This document shows positions 60,047 to 64,000 of a stretch of DNA of 64,000 bases, piece after piece. Within the stretch, counting starts at the first letter, position 1. Each line of letters begins with the position of its first letter. The notes under the pieces were generated by a model. It saw only the letters and a list, made by a program, of their open reading frames with translations, was not told where the DNA came from and ran no database searches. Position numbers and translations under genes: made by a program. This DNA comes from an uncultured bacterium (GTDB lineage: Bacteria > Armatimonadota > Hebobacteria > Hebobacterales > Hebobacteraceae). Where the stretch lies: the NCBI GenBank assembly GCA_964385645.1, contig CAYLPT010000188.1, positions 8,727 to 72,726 of the forward strand, given 5' to 3'.

Positions 60047-61069
60047 ATGCTCGGCTGGAACCTCGATCTCGGGTTGGACGTGGGGACGTGCTCCACCCGG
60101 ATCTATCAGCGCGGGGTGGGAATCGTCCTCGCCGAGCCGTCCGTGATCGCCTACTCGCTGGACGGCACGCAGGTGCTGGCCGTCGGCGAGGAGGCGAAGG
60201 CCATCGCCGACCACGGATCGGCCGACGCCCGCATCGTGTTGCCCGTGCGGGCCGGGGTGGTGGCCGACCACGCGGCGGCCGCGCAGATGATACGGATCTT
60301 CGTCGGCCGCGCGGTGGGCCGGCGGCGCCTGTTCATGCCCCGGCTGCTGGCCGCGCTCACTACCGGCGCCACCCCGGTCGAGCAGGCCGCCCTGGTGCAT
60401 GCCGCGCAGAGCGCGGGCGCGCGCCGCGTCCGCCTGGTGGACAGCGTGCTCGCGGGGGCCATCGGCGCCGGGCTCGCGCCCACCGACCGGGGGGCGCGAC
60501 TGGCGGTGAGCATCGGCGGCGGCGTGACCGAGTTCGGCGTGGTCGTGCAGGGCCAGACGGTGTGGGGACGCAACCTGCGCTTCGGGGGCCGCGACCTGGA
60601 TGAGGCCATCCGCAAGATGATCCTCAACCGCTACGGGCTCAGCCTCTCCGCGGTCACCGCGGAGCAGATGAAGCTCCGGGTGGGCGCGGTGCTCCCCCAG
60701 ATGGCCCGCAGCCGGGTGACGGTGGGCGGGGGGCAGGTGTACGGGGACCTGTTCCGCAACCTCGAGGTCACCCTCGACGGCATCCCCGACCTGCTGGCGA
60801 AGGCGCTGTCTCCCATCATCAACGAGATACACTGGTGCATCGCGGAGGCGCCCACCGAGCAGCGCCTCGACATGCGCACGAACGGCATCCTGCTCATGGG
60901 CGGGACGGCCCTCCTCCAGGGCGTGCCCCAGATCATGCGCGAGCGCCTGGGCGTACCCGTGGTGCGCGCGCGAGAGCCGGCACACGCGGTGGCACTCGGC
61001 CTGGGGGCAGTGCTCCAGGATCTCTCGAAGCTCAGCCCGGACGGCCGCCGCTACGGCGGGGTATCCTGA
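60047..61069 (+). CDS. divergent MreB/actin-fold paralog
   Basis: Colinear with MreB: LGLDVGTCSTRIY, EPSVIAY, VDSVLAGAIGAGL, VSIGGGVTEFGVV, LMGGTALLQGV. Conserved acidic and Thr residues are substituted. Confidence 0.75.
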   Translation: MLGWNLDLGLDVGTCSTRIYQRGVGIVLAEPSVIAYSLDGTQVLAVGEEAKAIADHGSADARIVLPVRAGVVADHAAAAQMIRIFVGRAVGRRRLFMPRLLAALTTGATPVEQAALVHAAQSAGARRVRLVDSVLAGAIGAGLAPTDRGARLAVSIGGGVTEFGVVVQGQTVWGRNLRFGGRDLDEAIRKMILNRYGLSLSAVTAEQMKLRVGAVLPQMARSRVTVGGGQVYGDLFRNLEVTLDGIPDLLAKALSPIINEIHWCIAEAPTEQRLDMRTNGILLMGGTALLQGVPQIMRERLGVPVVRAREPAHAVALGLGAVLQDLSKLSPDGRRYGGVS

Positions 61070-61144
61070 GAGCAGGAGTGCCGGCGCGCCGGCCGGAAGA
61101 CACTCTGCGCCGGCGCGCACACCCTCCCCCGAGGTGATCGCCAC

Positions 61145-63064
61145 ATGGCCGAGAGCCTGGCCCGCAAGATCATCGCAGCTCATCTGGCCTCCGGGGTCAT
61201 GGAGCCCGGGGCCGAGATCGCGCTCACCATTGACCAGACCCTGACCCAGGATGTCACGGGCACGATGGCGTTCCTGCAGTTCGAGGCCCTCGGCATACCC
61301 CGGGTGCGCACTCGGCTGTCGGTCAGCTATGTTGACCACAACATGCTCCAGACCGGCTTTGAGAGCGCCGACGACCACCGCTACCTGCAGAGCGCGGCCG
61401 CCAAGTACGGGGCCCACTTCTCCCGGCCCGGCAACGGCATCTGCCATCAGGTGCACCTGGAGCGCTTCGGCGTCCCCGGCCAGACGCTGCTGGGCTCTGA
61501 CAGCCACACCCCCACCTGCGGTGGGCTGGGCATGCTCGCCATCGGCGCCGGCGGCCTCGACGTCGCCGCGGCGATGGCCGGCCACCCCTTCTACCTGGCC
61601 ATGCCGCGGGTGATGCTGGTGCGCCTGCGGGGCGAGCTGCCCCCCTGGGTCACCGCCAAGGACGTCATCCTCGAGCTCCTGCGGCGGCTCACCGTGCGCG
61701 GCGGCGTGGGCCGCATCCTGGAATACGGCGGCGAGGCGCTGGGTAGGCTGCGCATCCCCGAGCGGGCGACGATCACGAACATGGGCGCGGAGCTGGGCGC
61801 GACCAGCTCCCTCTTCCCCAGCGACGAGCAGACCCGCGCCTTCCTGCGCGCGCAGCAGCGGGAGCAGGCCTGGGCGCCCCTGCAGGCCGACCCAGGGGCG
61901 GAGTACGACGAGGAGCTGGAGCTCGACCTGGGCGGGCTGGAGCCGCTGGTCGCCCGGCCCCACAGCCCGGACAATGTGGCCCCGGTGTCGCAGCTGCGGG
62001 GCGTGAAGGTGGACCAGGTGGCGATCGGGAGCTGCACAAACTCCTCCTTCGAGGACCTGATGGCCGTCGCCCGCATGCTCCAGGGCAAGCGCGTCCATCC
62101 CCGGGTGAGCCTGGTCATCGCGCCCGGGTCCCGACAGGTGCTCCAGATGCTGGCTGCGAACGGCGCGCTGGCCGCGCTCATCGCGGCCGGGGCACGCATC
62201 CTGGAGGCTTCCTGCGGGCCCTGCATCGGCATGGGGCAGGCGCCGCCCTCAGGGGGCGTGACCCTGCGCAGCTTCAACCGCAACTTCGAGGGGCGCACCG
62301 GCACCCGGGACGCACAGGCCTACCTGGCCAGCCCTCAGGTGTGCGCGGCCTCGGCGCTCGCGGGCGAGATCGCCGACCCGCGGGAGCTCGGCGAGCCCAT
62401 CGCGGTGCCGGCCCCCGAGCGCTTCTTCGTGGACGATGCGATGGTGCTGCCCCCGGCCGACGGTCCCCACGAAGTGGAGGTCATCCGGGGACCGAACATC
62501 GCGCCCGTCCCCGGGCGGGGGCCACTGCCCGAGGGGCTGCGGGGAAGAGTGCTGCTGGCGGTGGGAGACAACATCACGACCGATGATATCATGCCCGCGG
62601 GCGCGCACATCCTGCCCCTGCGGTCGAACATCCCGGCTATCTCGCGTTTCGTCTTCTCCCGGCTCGACCCCAGCTTCGCCGACCGCGCCCGGGAGGCCGG
62701 TGGAGGCTTCATCGTGGGGGGCGCGAACTACGGGCAAGGCTCCAGCCGGGAGCACGCCGCGCTGGCGCCGATGGCCCTCGGCGTGCAGGCGGTGCTGGCG
62801 CGCTCCTTCGCCCGCATCCATCACGCGAACCTGGTGAACTTCGGCATCTTGCCGCTAGAGGTCCCCGCGGGCGCGGAGGTCGGGCAGGGGGACGAGCTGG
62901 AGATCCCGGATGTGCGGGCGCGGCTGGCCGCCGGTCGGCCCCTGGAGGTGCGGAACACCACCCGGGGAACGCGCTTCGAGGCAGCTTGCTCGCTCACTCC
63001 CCGCCAGCGAGAGGTCGCGCTCGCCGGCGGATTGCTCAACCATCTCAGAGAGGGCGGCCGCTAG
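61145..63064 (+). CDS. aconitate hydratase family protein (short, about 640 aa 'Aquifex-type' aconitase/homoaconitase)
   Basis: IDQTLTQDVTG, GSDSHT, Cys ligands (GSCTNS, CGPCIG), swivel domain GANYGQGSSREHAA. Confidence 0.8.
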   Translation: MAESLARKIIAAHLASGVMEPGAEIALTIDQTLTQDVTGTMAFLQFEALGIPRVRTRLSVSYVDHNMLQTGFESADDHRYLQSAAAKYGAHFSRPGNGICHQVHLERFGVPGQTLLGSDSHTPTCGGLGMLAIGAGGLDVAAAMAGHPFYLAMPRVMLVRLRGELPPWVTAKDVILELLRRLTVRGGVGRILEYGGEALGRLRIPERATITNMGAELGATSSLFPSDEQTRAFLRAQQREQAWAPLQADPGAEYDEELELDLGGLEPLVARPHSPDNVAPVSQLRGVKVDQVAIGSCTNSSFEDLMAVARMLQGKRVHPRVSLVIAPGSRQVLQMLAANGALAALIAAGARILEASCGPCIGMGQAPPSGGVTLRSFNRNFEGRTGTRDAQAYLASPQVCAASALAGEIADPRELGEPIAVPAPERFFVDDAMVLPPADGPHEVEVIRGPNIAPVPGRGPLPEGLRGRVLLAVGDNITTDDIMPAGAHILPLRSNIPAISRFVFSRLDPSFADRAREAGGGFIVGGANYGQGSSREHAALAPMALGVQAVLARSFARIHHANLVNFGILPLEVPAGAEVGQGDELEIPDVRARLAAGRPLEVRNTTRGTRFEAACSLTPRQREVALAGGLLNHLREGGR

Positions 63065-63082
63065 GCCGGCGGGCCGACACAG

Positions 63083-63964
63083 GTGCTGCGCAACCTATTC
63101 CGCCGGGTCGCGGACCTCTTCGCCGGCCCGGGCGAGGCGACCGAAGAGCTCTTCGAGGAGCTGGAGGAGGTCCTGATCGCCTCCGATGTAAGCACCGCGG
63201 TGGCCGCGCGGCTCGTCGAACGCCTGCGGGAGCGGGTGCGCGAGGAGCGCATCCGGGATCTGTCGGGCGTGCGGCGCGCGCTCCGCGACGAACTGGCGGG
63301 CCTGCTCGCGCGACACGCCGCCCCCCTCGCCAGCGAGGCCGCCGAGCCTCCGCTGCTCTTCCTGATCGTCGGCGTCAACGGCACCGGCAAGACGACGACG
63401 ATCGCGAAGCTCGCGGCCAGGTTGGAGGGGCAGGGCCGACGGGTGCTGCTCGCCGCCGCGGACACCTTCCGCGCGGCGGCCATCGAGCAGCTCGAGGTGT
63501 GGGCCCAGCGCCTCGGGGTGGAGATCGTCCGCCACCAGCCGGGCGGCGACCCGGCCGCGGTGCTCTTCGACTCCCTCCGCGCCGCGCGCGCTCGGGGCCT
63601 GCACGCCGTCATCGCGGACACGGCGGGCCGGCTGCACACCAAGCGCAACCTGATGGAGGAGCTGCGCAAGGTGGACCGGGTGGCCCGCCGCGAGCTGGGC
63701 CGGCCCCCGGACGAGACGCTGCTGGTGCTCGACGCCACGACCGGGCAGAACGCCCTCATCCAGGCGCGGGAGTTCCAGCAGGCGATCGGGCTCAGCGGGG
63801 TGGTGATGACCAAGCTCGACGGAACTGCCAAGGGCGGCAGCCTCATCACCATCGCCGAGGAGGTGGGCCTGCCGGTGAAGCTCATCGGCACCGGCGAGGG
63901 CCTCGGGGACCTGAGGGACTTCGACCCTGCCGAGTTCGCCTCCTGGCTCCTGCCTCAGCCCTGA
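63083..63964 (+). CDS. ftsY: signal recognition particle receptor FtsY
   Basis: GVNGTGKTTTIAKLA, DTAGR, TKLDGTAKGG. GTG start. Confidence 0.9.
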   Translation: MLRNLFRRVADLFAGPGEATEELFEELEEVLIASDVSTAVAARLVERLRERVREERIRDLSGVRRALRDELAGLLARHAAPLASEAAEPPLLFLIVGVNGTGKTTTIAKLAARLEGQGRRVLLAAADTFRAAAIEQLEVWAQRLGVEIVRHQPGGDPAAVLFDSLRAARARGLHAVIADTAGRLHTKRNLMEELRKVDRVARRELGRPPDETLLVLDATTGQNALIQAREFQQAIGLSGVVMTKLDGTAKGGSLITIAEEVGLPVKLIGTGEGLGDLRDFDPAEFASWLLPQP

Positions 63965-64000
63965 GCCTCGCCCTCCTCCTGGTCCAGCTCAGCGAGCAGC

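Noticed and set aside
61080-61125. GC-only palindromes (GCCGGCGCGCCGGC; GCGCCGGCGC) between the mreB-like gene and the aconitase gene.
   Set aside because: They have no U-tract, and such self-complementary GC strings are expected by chance at this base composition. At most they form a weak terminator for the ECF operon.

Overview
Very GC-rich bacterial chromosomal segment. GC content was judged by eye, and the taxon cannot be determined from this window. Gene order resembles Terrabacteria/Firmicutes (atp operon-murA-mreB; rplS-lepB-rnhB). The window also carries SLH/CsaB cell-wall anchoring genes and DUF1559-type 'pseudopilin' genes of the kind seen in Planctomycetes and Armatimonadetes. I call about 60 protein-coding genes. 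I found no rRNA, tRNA, CRISPR array, transposase, integrase or phage genes.

The right half (about 29-64 kb) is mostly housekeeping: cimA, iscU, dtd, ribD-ribE-ribBA-ribH, mfd, PSP1/ricT-like, dnaJ, rpoZ-like, rnhB, lepB, rplS, mreB, murA, a complete F1Fo operon atpZ-I-B-E-F-H-A-G-D-C, aconitase and ftsY.

The left half (about 0-29 kb) is envelope and glycan oriented:
- an SLH-tagged glycoside hydrolase that appears frameshifted
- a GH2 enzyme, two paralogous amidohydrolases and several exported proteins of unknown function
- a GT2::YdjC fusion lying head-to-head with an ArnT-like GT-C
- a csaB operon
- a REC-ANTAR / GAF-kinase pair
- a membrane PP2C phosphatase and an M23 peptidase

Many long ORFs in the supplied track are antisense or out-of-frame artefacts of the high GC content. 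Several real genes start well inside the listed ORF.

The items I consider most worth follow-up:
1. The GT2::YdjC + GT-C module, whose divergent start codons overlap.
2. An operon of ECF sigma, anti-sigma, an exported unknown protein and a degenerate MreB-like protein.
3. Three 'promoter -> terminator hairpin + U-tract -> SD' leaders, in front of atp, rplS and cimA.
4. The GH/SLH frameshift.
5. Two orphan prepilin-motif gene remnants.

All of this is by-eye motif recognition. No searches or RNA folding were run.
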